From the UHGV virus genome UHGV-0135550: a stretch of DNA of 18,754 nt; one strand, written 5' to 3'. Shown in pieces: positions 7,426-14,800 of the stretch. The first letter of the stretch is position 1, and every line of letters begins with the position of its first letter. The position numbers and the translations under genes are program-made. Source of the DNA: a virus. The notes under the pieces were generated by a model. It was not told the origin of the DNA, made no database searches, and saw only the letters and a program-made list of their open reading frames with translations.

Positions 7426-8421
7426 TCAGGCCAGCACACCAATTGCCAGTGCACGATCGATAAAACGAAATATCAGCTCCAGCTGGGAGCCATACTTCTC
7501 TTCAAATGCCACGGTATCCGCATGCAGCTCGTCGTGATGCTTTCTGCACAAAGGCAACACAAAGAGGTCATGCGCTTTTGTACCCATTCCCCCCTGACCG
7601 TGGCCTATCAGGTGGTGGGGATCATCAGCAAGCTTTCCACAACATGCACACGGCTGTGTCTTAACCCAGCGCGTGTACTTTTCATTAACCCAACGGCGAC
7701 GTTTGGGGCGTAACATAAAAGACTCCGGCGACTCCGGATCCACTTCCAGCGACAGCACCTTTTTCGCTTTATCCTGGATGATGCTGGTGGCAGGAACCGA
7801 AGGAACAAGGTCACTTTCCCGGGTGACAGACGGCACAATAGGCTTCGGTAATCTCAGTGCCTTACGGGCTGCACTTTCCGGTAAGGCATCCGCCAGGTCA
7901 TTACGAACCAGCCACCAGCACAGTTCCGGCATTGTCACAACGTGACTATCATCAAAACCGAGATCACGGCGCACAACAGACAACACCCAGCGGGCACAGT
8001 TATCCGTTGCCATTGATTCCAGCCGTTCCGTGAACTGATCGCGCAGCTGGTTATCACAGTGCCAGCACAGACGGATTGCGCCCGGAGCGTGTCGCATTGT
8101 GGTCATGTTCTCGCTGTGCCAGTCGGAATGAGGCCACTGACAGCCCTTTTCACGAAGTAACCAGCTTTCAAGACATTCCACGCCACCAGCACGACGGATC
8201 ACTGCCTCATTGCGGAACACGGCCCGAACGGCAGGATCATCCGCCAGCGGTTGTGATGCCGCGGGAACGGCACCACTGGCGAAAGATGAATAACGTTCCG
8301 GCTCAGGCTCCAGCAGTACACGCCCCTGCATAAACAGGGGCATCAGCTCTGAACCTGGTCTGAACAATACGATCCCCATACGCGGGGCAATTTCAGGGGT
8401 CAGTAGTGCTCTCACGGTCAC
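7426..8421 (-). CDS. DUF968-like phage protein with C-terminal Cys/His-rich (HNH-like) motif; start uncertain
   Basis: C-terminal CACCGKLADDPHHLIGHGQGG ... LCRKHHDELH; nin-region position; GTG start overlapping the KilA-N stop, no clean RBS. Confidence 0.55.
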   Translation of the reverse strand: MTVRALLTPEIAPRMGIVLFRPGSELMPLFMQGRVLLEPEPERYSSFASGAVPAASQPLADDPAVRAVFRNEAVIRRAGGVECLESWLLREKGCQWPHSDWHSENMTTMRHAPGAIRLCWHCDNQLRDQFTERLESMATDNCARWVLSVVRRDLGFDDSHVVTMPELCWWLVRNDLADALPESAARKALRLPKPIVPSVTRESDLVPSVPATSIIQDKAKKVLSLEVDPESPESFMLRPKRRRWVNEKYTRWVKTQPCACCGKLADDPHHLIGHGQGGMGTKAHDLFVLPLCRKHHDELHADTVAFEEKYGSQLELIFRFIDRALAIGVLA

Positions 8422-8422
8422 C

Positions 8423-9232
8423 TCAATGAACGGTATCGAGCAGCTTTAACAGCTCAGGGAATCGGGATTCGAAGAAATGCGGCTGCGTCTCGCGCGGATT
8501 TGCGGGACTGGTGATGTTCTTGCCGAACATGCAGCCTTTCGCTGTCAGCGACCAGAATTTTTTGATGTTGTTAATCGCGGTACGGCTGTATCGTTCGCGT
8601 TGTTCAACGATCCCCAGCTTCACCATCTGGTGATATGCCTGATTAGCCGTCAGGCGGATACCATACTGCTTCAGCAGTGCACTCAGTGACAGCGTAGGAC
8701 GGCTTGAGCCATCGAGTGCATCAGCAGGAGCATCAATGGCATAGCGCGGTGCCAGATTCGGTAAGCCAACAGCCTCCTGAAGTTTCTGACAGGCTCCAAG
8801 CACTGATGAGTTAGACAGGTTTAATTCCCGGCGCATAAAGTCCAGCAGAATCACACCAGCCTGCATCTTGTCAGCAGCCTGCCCGGATAATTTTTCCGGT
8901 GCGCTGGTTACCATATCGAAAGTACGGATCACCTTCAGATGGAATGACGGGCTGATCCACATTGCATAGGCATACACCAGTTCCTTGCAGACATACGTTC
9001 CCCGTTCATTTCCCCCATGAATCACACTCACCGGGTCAACACCCAAATTCTGGGTGTTGGTCAATTCATGAACAAGTTCAACAGTTTGTTGGCTGGAAAG
9101 AAACTTTCCCGGCTCCTTGGTTCTGGCATTTGCACCAGATGCTACTGCTGCGCGATGCAGATCGTTCAGGCTGTAACGCCCATAAGCATCACGACGAACT
9201 TCAATACCATCAATGACCATCAGATTATTCAT
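8423..9232 (-). CDS. KilA-N domain protein
   Basis: N-terminal MVIDGIEVRRDAYGRYSLNDLHRAA resembles the KilA-N DNA-binding domain; ATG at 9230-9232 with AGGAGA RBS. Confidence 0.65.
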   Translation of the reverse strand: MNNLMVIDGIEVRRDAYGRYSLNDLHRAAVASGANARTKEPGKFLSSQQTVELVHELTNTQNLGVDPVSVIHGGNERGTYVCKELVYAYAMWISPSFHLKVIRTFDMVTSAPEKLSGQAADKMQAGVILLDFMRRELNLSNSSVLGACQKLQEAVGLPNLAPRYAIDAPADALDGSSRPTLSLSALLKQYGIRLTANQAYHQMVKLGIVEQRERYSRTAINNIKKFWSLTAKGCMFGKNITSPANPRETQPHFFESRFPELLKLLDTVH

Positions 9233-9251
9233 ACTTCGTTTCTCCTCTTAA

Positions 9252-9641
9252 TCAGGCGGCTGCACCCGCCGGTTTCTCATACTTACTGATAGTGATCTCG
9301 ACCTTCCCTTTCGGGATAACCGGTCCCCACTCCACCAGCATTCTTTTCACCTGTCTGTCGTCTTCCCACACACCCGCGTGGGTCAGGGCGTCAAACAGAG
9401 CCTTGTTATAGTTGTCCAGATCGCGGATCCGGTTATCCGGAGGAAACAACACGATCTCCACTGAAGCAGGTGCCGACGTTGGTTTCGGCAGACGACGTAA
9501 CTGCTCAACTATTGCTGCGCACGCCGCGCTCTGAAATTTTCGCCCCGCCTCGCTTATCAGGCTCTTACCAGCAAATGCCCCTTTGTTGGGGTGTCGCCAG
9601 TACGTGTTCACGCTGGGCGGAAAAGGCAGGATCAGCTTCAT
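9252..9641 (-). CDS. rusA: Holliday-junction resolvase RusA
   Basis: 129 aa with PPSVNTYW, RDLDNYNKALFDALTHAGVWEDDRQV matching the RusA family pattern; ATGA overlap with the upstream stop. Confidence 0.85.
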   Translation of the reverse strand: MKLILPFPPSVNTYWRHPNKGAFAGKSLISEAGRKFQSAACAAIVEQLRRLPKPTSAPASVEIVLFPPDNRIRDLDNYNKALFDALTHAGVWEDDRQVKRMLVEWGPVIPKGKVEITISKYEKPAGAAA

Positions 9642-9964
9642 ACTTTCAGGCCCCTCTCATGTAACCAGTGGGCTGCACGCAGCCTGGCGTTTTCCTCACC
9701 GGCAAGCAGTGAGCGGATAATCCCGACCGCCTCGCTGTCGTCGTCCTTCACCACGGTATGAAGCGTGATCCCCCGGGCCACACCACGCTTTATCGTGATG
9801 ACGCCTTTTTTCTCCAGTGCGCGAAGATGCTCCACCGCTGCATTCACTGAACGGTATCCCAGCATGGTTGCCACCTCCTGATTGGTTGGCGGGAAGCCAC
9901 GTTCTTTCTGATAAGAAATCAGCATATCCAGCACCTGCTGCTGGCATTGAGTTAACGTCATCAT
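9638..9964 (-). CDS. LexA-like N-terminal DNA-binding domain protein lacking the S24 peptidase domain
   Basis: 108 aa; QQQVLDMLISYQKERGFPPTNQEVATMLGYRSVNAAVEHLRALEKKGVI parallels the LexA winged-helix domain; no Ser/Lys peptidase region follows. Confidence 0.6.
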   Translation of the reverse strand: MMTLTQCQQQVLDMLISYQKERGFPPTNQEVATMLGYRSVNAAVEHLRALEKKGVITIKRGVARGITLHTVVKDDDSEAVGIIRSLLAGEENARLRAAHWLHERGLKV

Positions 9965-10614
9965 GCCGCCATCTCCCTGACCAGTTTTTCCGCCTGCTGG
10001 CGAACCTGCACCAGAAAGGCTTCACCACATGCCTCAAGTTCATCGCGCCCGATGTAGCTGATTGCCGGTCCCTTCCAGGTCTTGTCGAAAACAGCAATAG
10101 CACCAGCGAAGAAAGCGCCTGTCGGCACCTGCTTCTCATCCTTCGGGATAAACCAGGCAGGCAGTTCAAAACCAATACGCCCGCGAATAAAAGCAATATG
10201 GTCCGCATCTTCCGGCCACCACACTTCGCTGGTGGCAGCTTTGATCAGGAAAACATAGCGCCCACCCTTATCACGCATGGCACTGGCATGTTTCATGATG
10301 TAACGCATGCCGGTGATGTATTGCCCCTCATGCTGACTGGCGCGGCTGTATGGGGGATTGCCAAAGGCAGCACCTTTAAGCTCCGCAAGACGTTCTGACC
10401 AGTCATGCGCCAGCGCGTTGTCTTCCGCCGTGTAATACGCGGCACATTTGGCGTTATCACCGTCAGTGAACAGATCCAGAACAAACGGACCAAACAAGGT
10501 GTTAATTCCCCAGAAAATGTTGTCCGGCGTGCGCCACTGATCGCCCACTTCCTTCAGTTCATGGGCTGGTTTGTTCCGCAGTTCTACCAGCGCCTGGCAA
10601 TATTTATTACTCAT
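9961..10614 (-). CDS. Phage Dam-like DNA N6-adenine methyltransferase
   Basis: NPPY catalytic motif (FGNPPYSRAS); ATG at 10612-10614 (ORF-track start at 10659 is an upstream extension). Confidence 0.75.
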   Translation of the reverse strand: MSNKYCQALVELRNKPAHELKEVGDQWRTPDNIFWGINTLFGPFVLDLFTDGDNAKCAAYYTAEDNALAHDWSERLAELKGAAFGNPPYSRASQHEGQYITGMRYIMKHASAMRDKGGRYVFLIKAATSEVWWPEDADHIAFIRGRIGFELPAWFIPKDEKQVPTGAFFAGAIAVFDKTWKGPAISYIGRDELEACGEAFLVQVRQQAEKLVREMAA

Positions 10615-10706
10615 TAAGCCCCCACGTAAAAAGCATCCGCAATGTCTCCGGAAGTACACCCCGGATGGGCTTCAATGAATTTCTGAACTTCATTCAAAAG
10701 ACTCAT
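10614..10706 (-). CDS. Possible 30-aa micro-ORF translationally coupled to the methyltransferase
   Basis: ATG at 10704-10706, two nt after the upstream gene stop, GGGGGTGA just 5' of it; stop TAA overlaps the methyltransferase ATG (TAATG). Product MSLLNEVQKFIEAHPGCTSGDIADAFYVGA. Confidence 0.25.
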   Translation of the reverse strand: MSLLNEVQKFIEAHPGCTSGDIADAFYVGA

Positions 10707-10708
10707 GA

Positions 10709-11515
10709 TCACCCCCTGAATCCTTCCGGGATCTGGCTGTAGTCCACGTTGTCGTAACTGGCTTTGAAGTACGGGTCCTCGCGTCTGACTGCAGATACCG
10801 CAGGAACTTCCCAGGATTCTTCGAAATGACGATCCGGGCCAAAGAACGTGACAGCCTGTTTCACAAATTGTGTGCCGCTGTTACCCATCGCAGATACCCA
10901 GCCCGCGTAGCGTTTCACACCTTCCAGCATGGTTTCGGGGTTTACCCCCTCATTCAAACGGGCTTTCCAGGCTTTGAAGGCTGCAGATTTTGAATTGCCA
11001 CCAGCACGTTTGGGATAGGCCAGCCATGCCTGCTCAAACTCCGGAGAGTATTCCGGTCGGTTTGAACGAACTCGCACAGACTCATCAGCAGATGCACCAA
11101 CAGCTATTGGTTCATTGACTGGTTCAAAAGAGTGACTGGTTCTGGGTGAATCTCCTGCACTACCCCCTGGTGCAACTCCTGCACTACCTGGTGAATTTGC
11201 TGCACCAGATAGTGAATTATTTGCACTACCCCCTAGTGAATCTCCTGCACCATCCAGATGAAGGAGATAGATATTACTTGAGTTACCTTTTTCACCTTTC
11301 CGGGTGACTTTTTTTACCAGCCCGGACTCACAAAGGGCCGCAATATGATTCATCACAGAACGTTTGCTAATCTCGCACTGGTCAGCAATATGCTGGTAGC
11401 TGGGCCAGCACTCACCCTGATCGCTGGCATTATCAGCCAGCTTGATCAGAACCAGTTTTCGCAATGGATTACCCACTCGAATTTTCATCGCTTTAACCAT
11501 CAGCTCCATACTCAT
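10709..11515 (-). CDS. Replication initiator (O-like): N-terminal HTH domain, low-complexity linker encoded by the iterons, DnaT-like C-terminal domain
   Basis: N-terminal KLVLIKLADNASDQGECWPSYQHIADQCEISKRSVMNHIAALCESGLV (HTH); C-terminal EFEQAWLAYPKR ... SQIPEGFRG resembles the E. coli DnaT C-terminus as I recall it; GGAGGTG RBS; ATGA overlap with upstream gene. Confidence 0.7.
   Translation of the reverse strand: MSMELMVKAMKIRVGNPLRKLVLIKLADNASDQGECWPSYQHIADQCEISKRSVMNHIAALCESGLVKKVTRKGEKGNSSNIYLLHLDGAGDSLGGSANNSLSGAANSPGSAGVAPGGSAGDSPRTSHSFEPVNEPIAVGASADESVRVRSNRPEYSPEFEQAWLAYPKRAGGNSKSAAFKAWKARLNEGVNPETMLEGVKRYAGWVSAMGNSGTQFVKQAVTFFGPDRHFEESWEVPAVSAVRREDPYFKASYDNVDYSQIPEGFRG
11145..11255. 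repeat. Five tandem imperfect 21-24 bp direct repeats inside the O-like gene (candidate origin iterons)
   Basis: GTGAATCTCCTGCACTACCCCCT / GGTGCAACTCCTGCACTACCT / GGTGAATTTGCTGCACCAGAT / AGTGAATTATTTGCACTACCCCCT / AGTGAATCTCCTGCACCATCC, in frame, encoding the Gly/Ser/Ala/Pro-rich linker. Confidence 0.6.
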
Positions 11516-11748
11516 GCTGCACCTCCGAGATGCTTCATGTTTTTTCCGGAGCGAAAGGCTATAAGCGGCATACTGACGCGGTAATTACGGCCCAGCGGTT
11601 CACAAACCACCTTCTGACATTCACGGTCAACCAGGCTGACACGTAGAACATGCCCTGCAGGCGTGGTGTACCACTGCCCAACTGTAGGAATTGATGTTTT
11701 TTTACGCTGAAGCAAACGGCAAATATTGAGGATCAACGGATTAAGCAT
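11512..11748 (-). CDS. Hypothetical small protein (78 aa) in the early-right operon
   Basis: ATG at 11746-11748 with GGAGGG RBS; ATGA overlap with the O-like start downstream; no recognisable motif. Confidence 0.45.
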   Translation of the reverse strand: MLNPLILNICRLLQRKKTSIPTVGQWYTTPAGHVLRVSLVDRECQKVVCEPLGRNYRVSMPLIAFRSGKNMKHLGGAA

Positions 11749-12577
11749 GACGATGCCCTCCGCTGATATTCAGGAGACGGTGAATATGAAAATTAGCCTT
11801 ATCCGCCAAACGGATACGTTCAGCCTGCAAGTTAAGAAGGGTTTCTACCAGAACCTGATGCGCCTGCGGATCCGAAAGAGTTACCTTGCGCAGAGCACGT
11901 AGTGCAGTTGTTACATAACTGAGTTTATGTAAGTCTTCATCATTCAGACGAGTGAGGGCTGGGACAGTAGCCATGATGGCAGCCTCCGTATGCAATGGAT
12001 AACTTCCACCACCGGAAACGCCAATTTCGCTGGTGGTGAACTGAGCAGGGTTGGCGTAACCGGCGCATACGGAAACCGGCGCACCTTTCGGTGCCCCCAC
12101 CCAGCCCACCATAATTTGGGTATAGCTGAGTTGTAGCAACAAAAAAGACGCTAACGCGCCAATTGTCGCCGTATGCAATTCCAGGACGCCAATCCCGGCA
12201 CCCGCTTTATAAGGTGCCTGAACAGTGTAACGTCCCGGAATGGCAGAATCAATGTGCTGGTGGTCCTTCACACTCAACAAAATCACGCCTGAATTTCCAC
12301 AAAGGACTAAAGCACTCATGCGGGTAGTCTTTGCGAAGATAGATAACGCGCTGTGTTTCTGGCTCCCAACGAATAACATGGACATAAAGCCCTCTTCCGT
12401 CACGAAACCAGCGGTTAAGTTCCTGCACAACTCGCCCCCCACAGTCAGGTAAAGTTCTCTGTGGTTACTTACAGCCAGGTGATTTGGTAATCTGCATTCA
12501 TGCCGTAACAACAGGTGTGCAGCGACACTGACCACCAGCTGTTGCGACAAACGGTTATTTGCCGTTAAACTGTTCAT
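11741..12577 (-). CDS. Hypothetical protein (278 aa) in the early-right operon
   Basis: ATG at 12575-12577 with GGAGAAA RBS; ATGA overlap with the upstream gene stop and 8-nt overlap with the downstream gene; no recognisable motif. Confidence 0.45.
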   Translation of the reverse strand: MNSLTANNRLSQQLVVSVAAHLLLRHECRLPNHLAVSNHRELYLTVGGELCRNLTAGFVTEEGFMSMLFVGSQKHSALSIFAKTTRMSALVLCGNSGVILLSVKDHQHIDSAIPGRYTVQAPYKAGAGIGVLELHTATIGALASFLLLQLSYTQIMVGWVGAPKGAPVSVCAGYANPAQFTTSEIGVSGGGSYPLHTEAAIMATVPALTRLNDEDLHKLSYVTTALRALRKVTLSDPQAHQVLVETLLNLQAERIRLADKANFHIHRLLNISGGHRHA

Positions 12578-13137
12578 GCGTTAGTTTCTCCACAGACACA
12601 AAACGCCACGACGCCCGGAGCTGCACACTCGCGGGCGTCACTCTTTTCTGGAGCGCAAAAGATTTTGTAGACCAGTGCTGCATGCTCCTGGAGCTTCGAA
12701 ATTGACAGATACAACTCATCATTAATTGCTGTCTGCTCGTGTGGCTCCACGACCCCATCTTCGATTGCCGAACGAATCTGCTTTGAGTAATTCCCGATCT
12801 GTTCGATGACTTCCAGCAGGCGCTGGTTTATATCGGCGTTCTCTACTTCCTCAATTTCAGGAAGCGATACAAACACCCCACCAGCAGACTGTGCGACAGC
12901 ATCCGCAATGTAGTGAGTGCCAGCCGCGCGCTGTAAAATCATTGCCCATCCCAGCGGGAAAATCTGATCGCCATCTGCACGAAGGCGGTTGAATAAAGCG
13001 TTTTCTGTTACATCGAGCCAGTCAGCCGCTTCAGCGTAACCACCCGGCAACGCCGCGATAGTTTTTCTGACAGCTTTCACGTACCACTCAGGCTGTTTTT
13101 CTACTTTCCAGTGATGCTTACCCACGGTTAGCCTCAT
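12574..13137 (-). CDS. Early regulatory-region protein in the cII position (possibly YdaT-like)
   Basis: 187-codon ORF immediately downstream of the Cro-like gene; assignment by position only; weak RBS. Confidence 0.4.
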   Translation of the reverse strand: MRLTVGKHHWKVEKQPEWYVKAVRKTIAALPGGYAEAADWLDVTENALFNRLRADGDQIFPLGWAMILQRAAGTHYIADAVAQSAGGVFVSLPEIEEVENADINQRLLEVIEQIGNYSKQIRSAIEDGVVEPHEQTAINDELYLSISKLQEHAALVYKIFCAPEKSDARECAAPGVVAFCVCGETNA

Positions 13138-13168
13138 CGTTCTGTGGTTAAAAATTGAAGGTGTTCTG

Positions 13169-13369
13169 TTAATCTTTCGGATAGATATCCGGTCTTAAGT
13201 CAGATTTCGTAATTGCACCTGACGTGCATTGCTCAAGTTTTTTAGCCAGCACAAAACTGGCTTTTTTATAACCATTGAAAACCAGCCGTAAGTAGCCTGG
13301 TGTTGAGCCAACTTTTCCGGCCAACTCGCCCTGCTGTTCTTTGGTTAAAGAGTCCCAATACGCTTTCAT
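13169..13369 (-). CDS. Cro-like HTH repressor (YdaS-like family), 66 aa
   Basis: ATG at 13367-13369 with GGAGG upstream; LAGKVGSTPGYLRLVFNGYKKASFVLAKKLEQCTSGAITKSDLRPDI resembles Cro/YdaS-type HTH proteins; divergent from the CI-like gene. Confidence 0.65.
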   Translation of the reverse strand: MKAYWDSLTKEQQGELAGKVGSTPGYLRLVFNGYKKASFVLAKKLEQCTSGAITKSDLRPDIYPKD

Positions 13370-13459
13370 ACAATATGTACCTCCGGTATACATATTACAT
13401 GATTTAGATGAACCTTCAAGGTACTTGTACCTTATCGGTACAAAGGTTTTAATTTCTTT
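13370..13459. promoter_or_regulatory. Divergent immunity control region (PR-like / PRM-like promoters and operators)
   Basis: Operator-like ATGTAC-N7-ATACAT at 13375-13393; palindrome AGGTAC-TT-GTACCT at 13418-13431; candidate PRM -35 TTGTAC (13425-13430) and -10 TTTAAT (13448-13453) implying a near-leaderless CI mRNA. Confidence 0.5.
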
Positions 13460-14134
13460 ATGAAAACAGTCCATGACATCCGGCGGTCTAACGCCAGAAA
13501 ACTGAGAGATGGTGTTGGCGGGAATTCTTCCTTTGCCACCATGATTGATCGCGAGCCAACCCAGACCAGCAGGTTTATGGGAGATGGTGCTACTAAAAAT
13601 ATCGGTGACAGCATGGCGCGGCACATCGAAAAATGTTTCGACCTGCCTGTCGGATGGCTTGATCAAGAACACCAGACCACGAACATCACAAAAAAACCTG
13701 ATGTTTCAATCACTAACAAACAAATAACGTTAGTCCCTGTCATATCATGGGTACAGGCCGGAGCATGGAAAGAAGTTGGCTATTCTGAGGTTGATTTGAG
13801 CACAGCAGAAACTTACCCCTGCCCTGTACCCTGTGGCGAAATGACTTATATCTTGCGGGTGATTGGTGATTCAATGATTGATGAGTACCGCCCGGGAGAC
13901 ATGATTTTTGTTGATCCTGAAGTCCCTGCCTGCCACGGTGACGACGTTATTGCATTGATGCACGATACAGGCGAAACCACCTTCAAGCGGTTGATAGAAG
14001 ATGGAACACAGCGTTACCTCAAAGCATTAAACCCAAACTGGCCTGAACCTTACATTAAGATCAACGGTAATTGCTCTATAATTGGTACAGTGATTTTCTC
14101 AGGAAAACCAAGAAGATACATAATAAAGGCCTAA
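13460..14134 (+). CDS. CI-like repressor (HTH plus LexA/S24 peptidase-like C-terminal domain)
   Basis: N-terminal HTH-like region; C-terminal GDSMIDEYRPGDMIFVD ... TTFKRL consistent with an S24 autopeptidase Ser/Lys dyad; divergent from Cro-like gene. Confidence 0.8.
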   Translation: MKTVHDIRRSNARKLRDGVGGNSSFATMIDREPTQTSRFMGDGATKNIGDSMARHIEKCFDLPVGWLDQEHQTTNITKKPDVSITNKQITLVPVISWVQAGAWKEVGYSEVDLSTAETYPCPVPCGEMTYILRVIGDSMIDEYRPGDMIFVDPEVPACHGDDVIALMHDTGETTFKRLIEDGTQRYLKALNPNWPEPYIKINGNCSIIGTVIFSGKPRRYIIKA

Positions 14135-14145
14135 TCAATATTTAT

Positions 14146-14168
14146 AACCTGCTTCGGCAGGTTTTTTT
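14146..14168 (+). terminator. Rho-independent terminator after the CI-like gene
   Basis: Stem AACCTGC / GCAGGTT with TTCG loop, followed by TTTTTTT (through 14168). Confidence 0.75.
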
Positions 14169-14172
14169 ATAC

Positions 14173-14206
14173 TTGACAATGTACCCATGAGATACATAAT
14201 GTATCT
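14173..14206 (+). promoter_or_regulatory. PL-like early-left promoter with overlapping operators
   Basis: Perfect -35 TTGACA (14173-14178), 16/17-bp spacer, -10 CATAAT/ATAATG (14195-14201); operator ATGTAC-N7-ATACAT (14179-14197) in the spacer; second palindrome AGATACAT-A-ATGTATCT (14190-14206) over the -10. Confidence 0.55.
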
Positions 14207-14617
14207 AAAAGAAACACAACACAGGCAAGATTAAACAAAATTTGGTTGTAACACGGCGTATGGCACATGCGTCGTTAGCGGTCTGGGGACGTTAAAGGGG
14301 ACAATCCACTCCTTGCTCGGGCAAACAAACCAGGTAGCCGGAATGTGCAAGTCAATGATGATGCTGATAAGACGCCTAACCAGCGTGGCGATTCGGTTTG
14401 ACGCCTGGGAAGAGACCAGGGTGCAACGATGAGGGCATTTATGGAGCCGTGACAAAGTGTGGTGCCGTAACTGGCTAAGTGCTCTCAGCGTTGTGGTAAT
14501 CCGCGAAATGGCGCGGCGGTAAGTATGGCGGGGTTACTCTTTCCCCGTTGAGGACACCGGATTGTCAGGTTGACCATACGCCTGAGTGACAACCCCACCA
14601 CAACAGCCACTGCTTTG

Positions 14618-14663
14618 GCGGTACCAGTTTGTCCCCTTGCTTCCGGCTGGTACCGCTCTTTTT
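14618..14663 (+). terminator. Strong intrinsic terminator inside the early-left leader (tL-like)
   Basis: Perfect 10-bp inverted repeat GCGGTACCAG / CTGGTACCGC (14618-14627 / 14647-14656), 19-nt loop, followed by TCTTTTTA. Confidence 0.6.
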
Positions 14664-14800
14664 ACAAAACAGAGAAGAGCATCACCGGACGACGGGCTCA
14701 TAACCCAATCCATCCGGGCGGCTGCCACCGCAGGTGTTCTTCTCTGTTTTGTGGAGAAACCAACCGACCTTGCAGGGTCGATATGATGAGGAGCAGCAAA

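Noticed and set aside
7369-8333. Plus-strand ORFs 7369..7713, 7673..7945, 8076..8333 and minus-strand 7608..7838
   Set aside because: Alternative frames of the Q and DUF968-like genes; no independent support.
8477-10617. Plus-strand ORFs across the nin region (8477..8689, 8962..9216, 9017..9289, 9470..9664, 9817..10398, 10405..10617) and minus-strand 9696..10208, 10293..10493
   Set aside because: All overlap well-supported minus-strand genes (KilA-N, RusA, LexA-like, Dam) in other frames, with no RBS or motifs.
11145-11255. CRISPR array
   Set aside because: The repeats are contiguous with no spacers, degenerate, and in frame inside a protein-coding gene; they fit origin iterons.
13432-13727. 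ORFs 13432..13626 (-) and 13545..13727 (+)
   Set aside because: Overlap the CI-like gene in other frames or strand; the 13169..13672 minus-strand ORF is an artefactual extension of the 66-aa Cro-like gene through the operator region.
14231-14786. ORFs 14231..14455 (-), 14534..14728 (-), 14586..14786 (+) and the 14570 extension of the yfdP-like frame
   Set aside because: No RBS and no recognisable motifs; the region is better explained as an untranslated leader ending at the 14618-14663 terminator.
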